This document shows, piece after piece, positions 55,043 to 64,000 of a stretch of DNA of 64,000 nucleotides (position 1 is its first letter; the number at the start of each line of letters is the position of its first letter). The notes beneath the pieces were generated by a model, which worked only from the letters and a program-made list of their open reading frames with translations, ran no database searches and was not told where the DNA came from. The position numbers were made by a program, and so were the translations under genes. This stretch comes from a virus (Duplodnaviria > Caudoviricetes). The stretch is from IMG/VR virus record IMGVR_UViG_3300028886_000070, positions 1 to 64,000 of that record. One strand, 5' to 3'.

Positions 55043-57589
55043 TCATACGGCGGAGAAATCCTCCTCGCCCCCTCCGACGACGTCGGCGGGCGACGTGTGG
55101 CCGAACCCCGTCGCGTCCTGCACGGAGTTGAAGCGGCGCACCGCCCTCGCGGCGTTCAGCTTGGCCTGGTCCATCCGGCGCTGGCGCTCGATGTCCGCCG
55201 CCGCGGTCGCGTCCTTGCGCGCCGCGTCGGCGGCCGCGGTCCCGGCGTCGAGGTCATGCCTCGCGCCCGCCGTCTCGCGCTCGAGGCCGAGCCTGTGGAG
55301 CGCGACCTCGTGCTCGCGGTCGATGCGGTAGCGCTCGGTCTCGGCCTTCTTGTCGGCCTCGATCTGCGCCTTGCGCACCTCGTTCTCGTCCGCCCTGCGC
55401 TGGAGGTCCTCGAGCTCGCGCTGCTGCCTCTCGCGCTCCGCCTCCTCGACGCGCTCCTGCGTGGCGACGGCGAGGTTGAGGGACTTGATCGTCGGGCGGA
55501 GGTCGCGCAGCATCTTCTCGATCTGCTTGGTCTGCGCCTCCATGCCGGGCTGGAGCCTGCCGATGGCGAGGTGCTCCTGTATGTGCTGCGACGTGGAGAC
55601 GAGCACGGACAGCGCCTGCCTCGGGTCGTCCACCTGCGCGGCCTGGCCCTCGCCCTGGGCCGGGCTGTTGTCCTCCGGCGCGCCGACGGCCTCGACGATG
55701 CGCTGGAGCACCTCGGCGTGGACGGGGATGTGCGCCCAGTGGAGCTGGTCCTGGCCGACGCGGACGGGACGGCCGAGCTCGAGCATGTCGTTCTCGAGCG
55801 CGGCGAACGACGACTGGTCGGACGGCGCGCGGTCGCGGCTCACCTCGGGGATGTACCGGTCGGCGGCGGTCACGCCGCAGCGGAGCTGGATCGCGTCGCG
55901 CATGGCGTTGCGGCGTCCCGTCTCGTCGAGGATGCCCGCGCCCGGCCCGCCGAGGATCTCGCCGAGGACGGCGACCTTCCCCTCGGAGCCGAGGACGAGG
56001 TCGCGGCACGTGACCACGGTGTACATGGTCGGGATCGCGAGTATCTGCTCCACGGGCACGTCGCGCTTCGCGCACCGCTCGATGAACTCGGGGACCTCCG
56101 GGTAGTCGGCGGGGACGACGGGGTCGCCCTGCGCGGCGCGCGCGACGAGCTTCAGGAACCTCATGCAGCTCTGGCGCACCACCTTGTCGACGATCTGGAG
56201 GCGCTGCGTGAACAGGGCCTCGTCCTTGCGGGAGCGGAGCCGCTGCTGCAACTCCACCTCGGCCTTCGACTGGCGGTCGGAGCCCTGGAAAATCTTCGGG
56301 CCGGTCGTCGCGAGCGAGCCCTTGCTCGTCCCGTCGACGGACATGACGCCGAGCGAGTCGACGTACTGTATCGCCTGGAGCGAGGACTGGAGGTCGGGCT
56401 TCACGTTGTTCTGCACCGGGGTGAACTCCTTCGGCACGAACGTGAACGGCCCCTGCTCGTTGAGCGTGAGCGCCTGCTGGCTGCCGCCCGACGCCTGCGT
56501 GAACATGATCGTCAGGTTGCGGAAGATGGAGTCGAGGAACGCGCACTTGAGTCGGTTCGCGGCCGCCTCCGGCGCGAACAGGTACGAACCGAGCCCGCGC
56601 ACCGACCGGGCGTAGCGCTCGCTGATCGAGTACGGGAACCACATGAAGCACTCGTCCATCTTCGCGAAGGCGTTCTCGCGGGCGAAGAGGAAGTCGGACT
56701 CGTTGTCGCCGGGCGCGTTCGCCGGGATGATGAGGTGCGTGATGCCGCGGGGCCACGCCATCTCGCGCACGAACGCGTGGATGACCTTCAGCTCGTCGAA
56801 CTGGTGCTCCTCCTCGAACATGTTGCGGCGCATGAGGGAGATCTGCGTCTCGACGATGGACGTGCCGGGCGCGGTGCCGGGCTCCGCCGCCGTCTCGTAG
56901 CCGTCGCGGAACACCTTGACGAGCCACTCCTTCGCGAGCTTCGGGCTCCAGCCGGCGGCCGCCGCCTCGTCCTCGTTGTCGAGGATGGAGAAGAGGTACG
57001 ACGCGGGCAGCACCGACTCGAACATGAAGAGGTCGTGCTCCGCCGAGTGGACGGGGCCGTTGCCGATGAAGCGGACCTGCGCGCGCTCGAGCGCGACGGG
57101 GTTGTAGTCGTCGCTCGTCGCCCACGTGACGGGGCCGAGCCCGTAGAGGTCCGCCTCCTTGTTCATCATGGCGAGCGCGGGTATGAACTTGCCGACGTCG
57201 CGCAGCGTGTACGAGAACTCCTCGGCGACGACCGTCGCGATGTGCTCGGCCGCCGGGCCCGCCACCTCGCGGCGGAGGGGCCGGAACTCGACGAGGTTCG
57301 CCGTGTCGGACGATAGGCGCAGAATCACGTCGGCGCGGTCGTCGATCGCGCCCTTCATGCCGAGGAAGTTGATGTTGGCGATGTTCTTCGCGCCCGCCTG
57401 CTTCAGCTCCTCCGGGTTGTACGGCAGGTTCCCCGCGTACATCTTCAGTATCTTCGACCGGCGGCGCGCCTCCGTGAGGTCGTCCTCGGTCAGCTTCTGG
57501 TACACGGCGCGGACGGCCTGCGGGTTCGAGAACCTGCGCTTGGCCGGCTTGCCGGACTTCTCGACTACGTTGAATCCGCTGAAGCTCAT
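55043..57589 (-). CDS. putative portal protein (848 aa)
   Basis: Size and position; N-terminal YAGNLPY...ANINF, RSVRGLG, and a C-terminal coiled-coil barrel as in podoviral portals; GGAGGAG RBS. Confidence 0.7.
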   Translation of the reverse strand: MSFSGFNVVEKSGKPAKRRFSNPQAVRAVYQKLTEDDLTEARRRSKILKMYAGNLPYNPEELKQAGAKNIANINFLGMKGAIDDRADVILRLSSDTANLVEFRPLRREVAGPAAEHIATVVAEEFSYTLRDVGKFIPALAMMNKEADLYGLGPVTWATSDDYNPVALERAQVRFIGNGPVHSAEHDLFMFESVLPASYLFSILDNEDEAAAAGWSPKLAKEWLVKVFRDGYETAAEPGTAPGTSIVETQISLMRRNMFEEEHQFDELKVIHAFVREMAWPRGITHLIIPANAPGDNESDFLFARENAFAKMDECFMWFPYSISERYARSVRGLGSYLFAPEAAANRLKCAFLDSIFRNLTIMFTQASGGSQQALTLNEQGPFTFVPKEFTPVQNNVKPDLQSSLQAIQYVDSLGVMSVDGTSKGSLATTGPKIFQGSDRQSKAEVELQQRLRSRKDEALFTQRLQIVDKVVRQSCMRFLKLVARAAQGDPVVPADYPEVPEFIERCAKRDVPVEQILAIPTMYTVVTCRDLVLGSEGKVAVLGEILGGPGAGILDETGRRNAMRDAIQLRCGVTAADRYIPEVSRDRAPSDQSSFAALENDMLELGRPVRVGQDQLHWAHIPVHAEVLQRIVEAVGAPEDNSPAQGEGQAAQVDDPRQALSVLVSTSQHIQEHLAIGRLQPGMEAQTKQIEKMLRDLRPTIKSLNLAVATQERVEEAERERQQRELEDLQRRADENEVRKAQIEADKKAETERYRIDREHEVALHRLGLERETAGARHDLDAGTAAADAARKDATAAADIERQRRMDQAKLNAARAVRRFNSVQDATGFGHTSPADVVGGGEEDFSAV

Positions 57590-58137
57590 GTCGTTCTCCT
57601 CCAGCACGTTTCGGGCGTGCCTTCCCATGTGTTCTCGCCTGGGGCGTACGCGCCGGACGCTATCGCCGACTCGTACGCCTTGCAGCACTTGCATATCCCG
57701 GAGCCCGCGTCCTCCGGCACCTTGGGGCGGCGCCCGCCGAACGCGGCGAGGACGCGCTCGAGGTGGCCCGTGCACGTCACGCAGAACTTGCGCGTGTGCA
57801 TGGGGCACGCGAGGCACGCCCGCAGGCGGCGCTCCACCACGTCGAACGGGACGAGCTCCCTGCCCTCCACCTCGGCGAGGGAGTTGCGCAGGGCCTCCGC
57901 CGGCCTTATCGGCGACGGGCGGAACGAGCCGGTGCACATCCAGTCGGCCTCGTCGATGCGCGGGCACATGTAGTTGGCGACCGCCTCCTCGACGGTGCAC
58001 GTGAGCCCGGCCTTGCGGAGCATCTCGCGCACCGGTCGCTCGATGTCGCAGAAGTGGCGGGCCGAGACCTTCTCGCCGTTCAGCTCGAAGAAGAACCCGC
58101 AGGGAGGGGCGACGTTCACGTTCTTGAAGTACGCCAT
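57586..58137 (-). CDS. Cys-rich (Zn-binding) protein
   Basis: CLACP, CVTC, CKCC, C-terminal CW. Confidence 0.7.
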   Translation of the reverse strand: MAYFKNVNVAPPCGFFFELNGEKVSARHFCDIERPVREMLRKAGLTCTVEEAVANYMCPRIDEADWMCTGSFRPSPIRPAEALRNSLAEVEGRELVPFDVVERRLRACLACPMHTRKFCVTCTGHLERVLAAFGGRRPKVPEDAGSGICKCCKAYESAIASGAYAPGENTWEGTPETCWRRTT

Positions 58138-58138
58138 G

Positions 58139-58654
58139 CTATCTCCTCCCCTTCTTCCTGGACGGGACGTGCATCGAGACGGTGGAGCTCTCCTTGAGCC
58201 CCACGGCGTCCTTGTGCGCGGCCACGGTCGCCTCCGCGACGCGCAGGGCCTCGTCGGTCTGCTCCACGGCCTCCTCGGTCGGGGGAGGCGGGGCCTCCTC
58301 GACCGGTGAGACGCGCGTCCTCTCGCCCGCCTCCGGGTACGGCGACTCGCCGTTCCTCATCGAGGCGAGGCGCAGGAACTCGTCGACGGGGCGCATCATG
58401 CGCGGGTCGAACCCGCCCTCGCACCGCCAGCCGTTGTCGTCGCGCTCGAGCGCCAGCGGCTCGCCCGTGTAGAGGCACGTCGCGTACCCGGCGATCCTGC
58501 CGGGCTCGTCGAAGTACGCCGACGGGGTGAACTCGTCGGGGGCGAAGAGCATCGGGTCTCCGCCGGGCCCCACGTACAGCTTCACCTTCATCGGCTCGCC
58601 CGTGTAGGCGTTGACGAGCCTGGAAGCCTTGCCTGTCTTCACGTCGAATATCAC
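58139..58654 (-). CDS. hypothetical protein (171 aa)
   Basis: GTG start with GGAGG; internal duplication of YTGEP. Confidence 0.65.
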   Translation of the reverse strand: MIFDVKTGKASRLVNAYTGEPMKVKLYVGPGGDPMLFAPDEFTPSAYFDEPGRIAGYATCLYTGEPLALERDDNGWRCEGGFDPRMMRPVDEFLRLASMRNGESPYPEAGERTRVSPVEEAPPPPTEEAVEQTDEALRVAEATVAAHKDAVGLKESSTVSMHVPSRKKGRR

Positions 58655-60579
58655 GATCCGCCTCCGTCCTTCAGCTCCTGGACCTGTTGCAGGTAGTGGT
58701 TGTCCCCGTGCCTGTCCCACGACCACGCCTTCGTGATCGTGAGTCCGCTCTCCGTCGGCACGCCCTTGTCGTCCGTCTGGTACGCGTAGCCGCAGAACCG
58801 GTGCGCGGAGCCGACGGGCAGCTCCGAGAACCACGTCGCGTTCCCCTCGATGTCCGGGCCGTAGCCCGGCTTCTCCGGCTCCGCCATGCCGAGGAGCCCG
58901 CGGAGGTCCTTCGCCGTGTGGTAGTCGATGGGCGTGCGGCCTATCGAGTACTGCTCGGTGAACGGCGGGTCCTTGAGGTCGTCGGAGCTGTCGGGCAGCG
59001 GGACGTACTTGTCGTCCTCGGCGTTCACGAGGCCGGACGGGAAGATCATCTTCTCGGCGATGAGCTCGCGGAGCTTTGTCCCGATGGACTTGCCGCGGTC
59101 GGACATGAGCTGCTCCTCGCGCTCGAGCTCCCGGAGCATGGAGTCGTACTCGTCGGAGACGAGCGCGCGGACGGCGGAGCTCTTGAGCTGCCGGTCGATG
59201 CGCATCTGGAATCCGACGGAGGTCTCCTCCGCGACGACGAACTTGAGGTCGGGGTCCGCCTCGAGCTCGGCCTCCGTCGGGGCGCGCAGGAGCTTCACCG
59301 GGACGGAGAACGACACGTACGCGGCGTCGGCCCCCGCCTTCACGGAGACGCCCTCGCCGAGCATGTTCTCCTGCGGCATGTGCTTCCACGACGTGCCGCC
59401 GAACTTCTCGCAGGCCGTCTGCTCGTGCCCGTCGTCCTCCTCGGGGGGCTTGGGCGGGTACAGGGCCATCGCCGTCACGCCGCCGGACGCCGAGACGTCC
59501 GGGGTGATGACGCTCCAGAGGCGCGGGCCGTCGTTCCCGGCGAGGAGGACCCGGCCCGTCGCGTTCGAGTCGTAGGTGTTGAGCGCGCTCTCGTAGTAGC
59601 TCACCTGGCTGCTCGTCTTGAGCCCGGCCTGGCGCATGTCGCGGGTCGCGGCCTCCGCCTCCCGCTTCATGGCCTGGTAGTCCGCGGCCGACACGTAGAG
59701 GTAGTGGTCGAGCGCGGAGCCGGGGAGCGCGGCGAAGGCGCGGTAGTCCGGGTAGAACTTGCCGGACACCTCCTCGCCCTCGCTCTCGGAGAGGCGCTTC
59801 AGCGAGGCGACAAACGCGGCGGCGACGCCGTTCATGTCGTACTTGAGCGCCATGACGCTGCCGGACACGGTGCCGCCCTCCCCGTCGGAGAACGAGAAGG
59901 ACGACGCGCCGGGCGCGCCGGAGACCCTCGCGAGCGAGGCGTCGAACGGCTGCGTCACGCGCGCGGCGACCGCGAACACGTTGGCGGGGTACGGCTCCGG
60001 GAAGGGCGTGGGCTCCACGGGGTTCGCCATGACGCCGTACCACGCGGTCTCGTCTATGAAGCCCTGCGTGGCGGTGGGCGGGTCGAGCTGCACGGGCTCG
60101 ACGAGCGACGCGGCCTTCGCCACCTCCTCGTCGACCGCGACCATGACGGCGAGGCACTGCACGTTCTGGTACGAGCCCATCTTGAGGACGTGCTCGTACG
60201 ACGCGGAGAAGTCCGCCTCGTCGTGGTCGGAGAAGCAGTTCCACTCGTCGGAGCCCTTTGCCTTCTCGACGACCATGCGCGTCTCCGCCCCGCCGTACTG
60301 GCGGCCGGAGCGGCGCGTCACGTCGTTGAAGTGTATGGGGGCGATGCGGAACTCGGTCTCGCGGGTGCAGGTCGCGACGGCGTACCTCGAACCCCACGTC
60401 GTCTTCACGAGCATGTCCGCGACGCACGCGACGAACCTCGGCGACACGCTGCGCGTCACCTTCCTGTACTCGGGCGAGAACAGCAGCTTGCCGATGCACC
60501 GGGGATCGGCGCCGTCGTCCGGCCGCGCCACGTGGAGGTAGCGCGGGTCGAGCCCGGGTTCTCCCGCTACGATCGCCAT
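58651..60579 (-). CDS. putative tail/structural protein (642 aa)
   Basis: TAATG overlap; start MAIVAGEPGL; lies in the structural operon. Confidence 0.55.
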   Translation of the reverse strand: MAIVAGEPGLDPRYLHVARPDDGADPRCIGKLLFSPEYRKVTRSVSPRFVACVADMLVKTTWGSRYAVATCTRETEFRIAPIHFNDVTRRSGRQYGGAETRMVVEKAKGSDEWNCFSDHDEADFSASYEHVLKMGSYQNVQCLAVMVAVDEEVAKAASLVEPVQLDPPTATQGFIDETAWYGVMANPVEPTPFPEPYPANVFAVAARVTQPFDASLARVSGAPGASSFSFSDGEGGTVSGSVMALKYDMNGVAAAFVASLKRLSESEGEEVSGKFYPDYRAFAALPGSALDHYLYVSAADYQAMKREAEAATRDMRQAGLKTSSQVSYYESALNTYDSNATGRVLLAGNDGPRLWSVITPDVSASGGVTAMALYPPKPPEEDDGHEQTACEKFGGTSWKHMPQENMLGEGVSVKAGADAAYVSFSVPVKLLRAPTEAELEADPDLKFVVAEETSVGFQMRIDRQLKSSAVRALVSDEYDSMLRELEREEQLMSDRGKSIGTKLRELIAEKMIFPSGLVNAEDDKYVPLPDSSDDLKDPPFTEQYSIGRTPIDYHTAKDLRGLLGMAEPEKPGYGPDIEGNATWFSELPVGSAHRFCGYAYQTDDKGVPTESGLTITKAWSWDRHGDNHYLQQVQELKDGGGS

Positions 60580-61127
60580 TAGGGCGAGTCCTCCCCTCCG
60601 GTCTCGTTCTCCTCGCCCCAGCCGTTGACGGCGGCGTAGTACTCGCACTCCTCCGTGTCGAGCACCTGGACGTCGATGTCGTCGGGAAGGTCGGAGCCGT
60701 CGCCGGCGAGGAGGATGTCCGCGTAGCCGCCGAACAGGAGGCGCTGGACGGCGTTCCCGTCGCCCCCGCCGATCGGACGCACCGCGCCGCGGTCGTCGAA
60801 GCGGAGGATGTCGTAGTAGTACTGCGTCGGGTTCGAGCCCTGCTGCGACTGGAGCTCCGCGATGGCGGCGTCTATGGCCTCCTGCGTGCTCGTCTTGAAA
60901 TCGGCCCACGACTCCTGCGCCTGGTCCCACGGGATCGTCAGCGGCTGCGACACCGCCGAGGCGAGGGCCGTGTCGGAGAACACGACGACGCCGACGACGT
61001 AGTCCTCGCCCGAGACGATGAAGCGCATGGGCGTGCCGCCGCCGGACCCGCCCCCGATCGGAGGGACGAGCCCGAAGTCCTGCTGCGGGGCGCCAGAGTC
61101 GCTTATGCCGAAAATCTCGCCTTCCAT
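60579..61127 (-). CDS. acidic putative tail-associated protein (182 aa)
   Basis: GAGGAG RBS; PIGGG repeats. Confidence 0.55.
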   Translation of the reverse strand: MEGEIFGISDSGAPQQDFGLVPPIGGGSGGGTPMRFIVSGEDYVVGVVVFSDTALASAVSQPLTIPWDQAQESWADFKTSTQEAIDAAIAELQSQQGSNPTQYYYDILRFDDRGAVRPIGGGDGNAVQRLLFGGYADILLAGDGSDLPDDIDVQVLDTEECEYYAAVNGWGEENETGGEDSP

Positions 61128-61139
61128 GAAATCTCCTCA

Positions 61140-63875
61140 CTACGCGGGGCTGAACGTGACGGTCGGGTTGGCCTGCCACACGCAGGAGGCCGACCACCCG
61201 CCGGTGTACGGGTTGTAGGTGACGTGGGTGCCGGGGGAGTGGTTCCGCGAGCCGACGACGTCCTTCAGCGCCGCGGCGCCGAAGCCCGTCGCGAAGAGGA
61301 CGGTGGACACGCGCTCCGACTTGATGATGCCGGCGAGCGTGTTGCCCTGGCCCATGACGGGGGAGAACTGCGTCTGGTTCTGAATCCAGTGGACCGACGC
61401 GACGACCTTGCTCATGCCCGCCGTGAGCGGGATGGAGCACGTCGCGACGGCGGAGCCCTCGACCTTCCCGTACCGGTTGAGGTGCATCGAGAAGCTGAAG
61501 TGCATCGACGGGACGACGCCGTCCCCCACGGCCGCCCAGCCGGAGACGGCGGAGCCGAGCTGCTGCACAAGCGACGAGACCGAGTTCGGGTCGTAGTTCG
61601 AGAACGCCACGGCCTCTGCCTTGAAGAACTTCGTGTTGATGCTCGCCCTCGCCGAGACGCCCGACTTGACGGTGATCGTCTCCTTCGTGTAGTCGAACCC
61701 GTAGGCGGTGGGCTGCGCGCGGACGGAGCCGAGCTGCGGGACGCCGGGCACGCCCGAGGCGTTGCGCACGGTCTCGATGACGGACGAGTGCAGGGCGTCG
61801 CTCTCGCCGCCCGTCGCGGTCGCCTGGACCGGAGTGACCTGCTCCGTCGTGACGTCGAACCCGTGGGCCGTCGGGGTGGAGCGCACGGAGCCGATCGGGC
61901 CAGGCGCGGACGTCTTCGCGGAGGACGCGTTGCGCGTTATCTCGATCCTGGTCGAGTGGAGCTTGTCCTTCTCCTCGCCTCCGCCCTCCACCGTCTTCGG
62001 GGTCACGGTCTCGACGGTCGTGTTGTACTTCCCGGCGGGGGTCATGGAGCTCCGCACCGACCCGATCGCGGGGATGGTGCTCGCCGGGCCTCCGTTCACG
62101 GTGGACACGACGTCGGTCTTCGTCAGCTTGTCCTGCGAGCCCTGCGTCCCGTTGTCCTGCTGTATCTCCGTCGTCTCCGTCGCGCGCGTCGTGACGGCGC
62201 CGGTGTTCTCGTCCACGGTGGACTCGACCCTGCGGCGCGTTCCGCCGCCCGCGTCCGCGACGTGCCCGGGGACGGAGCCCGCGGGGTCCACCTCGGTGTC
62301 GGAGTGCGTGTGCTCGAAGACGGTCTTCTCGCAGGACGTGCCGACCTTCAGCTTCCTGCCGGTGCGGTCGAACTGCTCGACGGTGATGTTGGCGAGGTTG
62401 CCGGGCGTCACCTCCACGGTCTTGGTCGTCCCGATCTTGTCGGCGGACCAGCCGGGGGCCGTGCGGTCGATGGGCACGTTCCTGTCGGTGACGGAGTGCC
62501 TCACGCCGCGCGCCGTGACGGCCCACGACTCCCTTGCGCCCTTCACGGGCAGCTCCGTCTCGACGATGTCGGTGTTGGAGACGGCGCCCTCGTCGTCCAT
62601 CTCGGAGCGGCGCGTGTGGACGACGCCGCCGCCCGCCGCCGGCACGTCGGACGCGTCGACGGTGTCGCCGCCCGCGTGCGTGGTCTCGTGCCTGTGGGAG
62701 AAGATGTCGAGGCGGCAGACGCTCGCCACCTTCGCGAGCGCGGACTTGATCCACGTCGAGACGGTGTTGTCGTAGAGCCCGCCGGGCGTGCGGTCGCTCT
62801 TCACGCTCCCGCCGACCGCGGGCGTCGTCCCGGTCACGGGCGCGGGCTGGTTGCGGTCGACCGTCGTGCGGCGGACGCCCTTCCTCCCGACCCGTATCTC
62901 GACGGACGCGCCGGAGACGGGGAGCTCCTGCTCGACGGTCGTCCGGTTCTCGTACGTGCCGTCGTCCTGGTGCCTGCTGTCGTGGCGCGTCACCTTGCCG
63001 CCGGACGCCGCCGGCGCGTCGCCGAGGGGCGCGGACTGCCCCGACCTGCCCTCGACGTGCTCGTGCTTGAAGATGTCCTTGCGGCAGCCCTCGTCGGACT
63101 TCACCGCCTTCCTCGTCGTTCTCGTCGCCTGCACGCGCCACGTGCAGTCGTTGTTCATCGTCCACGAGAGGACGGTCTCCTTGCCCCCGCTCGTCCCGGC
63201 CTTCGGGATGTCGGCCTCGAACGAGCCGGGCTCGCCGTACACGTTGTCCCAGACGGCGACCTCGACCTTCTGCGTGGCGTCGTCCTTCTGGACGGCCCAC
63301 GTCCCGCCGACGGTCTTGGCGGTGCGCTTCACGATGGCGTAGTCGAACGTCCCGTCCTCGTTGCGGCTCACGGCCTGGACCGCGTAGGTGACGCCCTGCG
63401 ACCCGGCGGGCACGTCCTCGATCGAGCCCTCGTCCCACCGCCACTCGGAGACGACCTCCTCCATGCAGCTCGACGAGGAGCCGGTCGAGTAGGAGTCGAA
63501 GCTCCCGGACTCGACGAGGTCCTGGACGAGCGTGTACGTGCCGTCGTTCCTGCGCGCCGCGGTCGGCGACTCCACCTCGTCCTGGTCGTCGCGCTTCCAC
63601 GTCGTGAGGGTCGGGACGTACTCGCCGTCGATCGGGACGCCGTTGTACACCACGCCCTTGTACGGGGCGAGCGAGAGGAGGTGCTTCACCGCGGCGTCGA
63701 CGAGCGACCAGGGGCAGCCCTCGACGAAGCGGCGGATGCGCACGGGGAGCTCCGTGCGCTTGCCGGTCTTCCTGTCGAGCCTGAAGCGCCTCGAGAGGAT
63801 TTGGAGCCTCCACCGGTCGGAGAGGGACTCGACCCACTTGCGGGCCTCGTCTGACGTGTGGGAACAGGAAGTCAT
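61140..63875 (-). CDS. repeat-containing beta-rich structural protein (911 aa)
   Basis: Approximately 55-60 aa repeats (GSVRS.TP.G..D/NTT); start moved to ATG 63875 because the track start lies inside the promoter. Confidence 0.65.
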   Translation of the reverse strand: MTSCSHTSDEARKWVESLSDRWRLQILSRRFRLDRKTGKRTELPVRIRRFVEGCPWSLVDAAVKHLLSLAPYKGVVYNGVPIDGEYVPTLTTWKRDDQDEVESPTAARRNDGTYTLVQDLVESGSFDSYSTGSSSSCMEEVVSEWRWDEGSIEDVPAGSQGVTYAVQAVSRNEDGTFDYAIVKRTAKTVGGTWAVQKDDATQKVEVAVWDNVYGEPGSFEADIPKAGTSGGKETVLSWTMNNDCTWRVQATRTTRKAVKSDEGCRKDIFKHEHVEGRSGQSAPLGDAPAASGGKVTRHDSRHQDDGTYENRTTVEQELPVSGASVEIRVGRKGVRRTTVDRNQPAPVTGTTPAVGGSVKSDRTPGGLYDNTVSTWIKSALAKVASVCRLDIFSHRHETTHAGGDTVDASDVPAAGGGVVHTRRSEMDDEGAVSNTDIVETELPVKGARESWAVTARGVRHSVTDRNVPIDRTAPGWSADKIGTTKTVEVTPGNLANITVEQFDRTGRKLKVGTSCEKTVFEHTHSDTEVDPAGSVPGHVADAGGGTRRRVESTVDENTGAVTTRATETTEIQQDNGTQGSQDKLTKTDVVSTVNGGPASTIPAIGSVRSSMTPAGKYNTTVETVTPKTVEGGGEEKDKLHSTRIEITRNASSAKTSAPGPIGSVRSTPTAHGFDVTTEQVTPVQATATGGESDALHSSVIETVRNASGVPGVPQLGSVRAQPTAYGFDYTKETITVKSGVSARASINTKFFKAEAVAFSNYDPNSVSSLVQQLGSAVSGWAAVGDGVVPSMHFSFSMHLNRYGKVEGSAVATCSIPLTAGMSKVVASVHWIQNQTQFSPVMGQGNTLAGIIKSERVSTVLFATGFGAAALKDVVGSRNHSPGTHVTYNPYTGGWSASCVWQANPTVTFSPA

Positions 63876-63891
63876 TGGTTTTGCGGGCGTA

Positions 63892-63920
63892 ATTATACCA
63901 TAAACGGGGTTCGTTTTCAA
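63892..63920 (-). promoter_or_regulatory. sigma70-like promoter, class II
   Basis: TTGAAA-17 nt-TATAAT with TATGG. Confidence 0.7.
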
Positions 63921-64000
63921 CCGTCGTCGGCGAACGTGTCGTCGCCGTCGGCGGCGTCGGCCTCGTACCCGGCGGACTGCGGGACGCGGAAGCCGGGGTC
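63917..64000 (-). CDS. 3' end of an upstream gene (truncated by the window edge)
   Basis: Open frame DPGFRVPQSAGYEADAADGDDTFADDG ending in TGA. Confidence 0.5.
   Translation of the reverse strand, partial: DPGFRVPQSAGYEADAADGDDTFADDG

Noticed and set aside
1-64000. Stop-codon reassignment, tRNAs, introns/inteins, integrase, large terminase
   Set aside because: TAG, TGA and TAA all end tightly coupled genes; no such elements recognised; the large terminase probably lies outside the window

Overview
About 70% GC, densely coding bacteriophage DNA with no tRNA, rRNA, CRISPR array, integrase or host housekeeping genes seen. It has two convergent arms that meet at about 21 kb. The + arm (1-21095) holds replication and accessory genes: SF2 helicase, Cas4/PD-(D/E)XK exonuclease, SSB-like protein, family A DNA polymerase, HNH endonuclease, AEP primase-helicase, RuvC-like resolvase, small-terminase-like HTH, HU-like, HD, HAD and GroES-like proteins. 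It also contains a separately promoted cassette encoding a small lipoprotein, a papain-like protease and a holin-like protein. The - arm (64000 to 20911) is a podovirus-type virion module: tail-like proteins, portal, scaffold, major capsid, adaptor, internal proteins, a 6574-aa giant protein and a lysozyme-bearing protein. The main discovery is the 6574-aa protein. It carries the motif set of a single-chain two-barrel (DPBB) RNA polymerase (K..K..SxKxG, RTP, DHDGD), plus a zincin HExxH protease motif and a Rossmann/SLOG-like insert. It is therefore a probable virion-packaged, crAss-like RNAP polyprotein in a high-GC phage otherwise unlike crAss. Other observations: two promoter classes, switch-like RNA leaders, apparent CTGCAG avoidance, a shared FxDLPxLP N-terminal motif in internal proteins, and non-canonical PolA active-site residues. 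All family calls come from motif recognition by eye; no searches were run.
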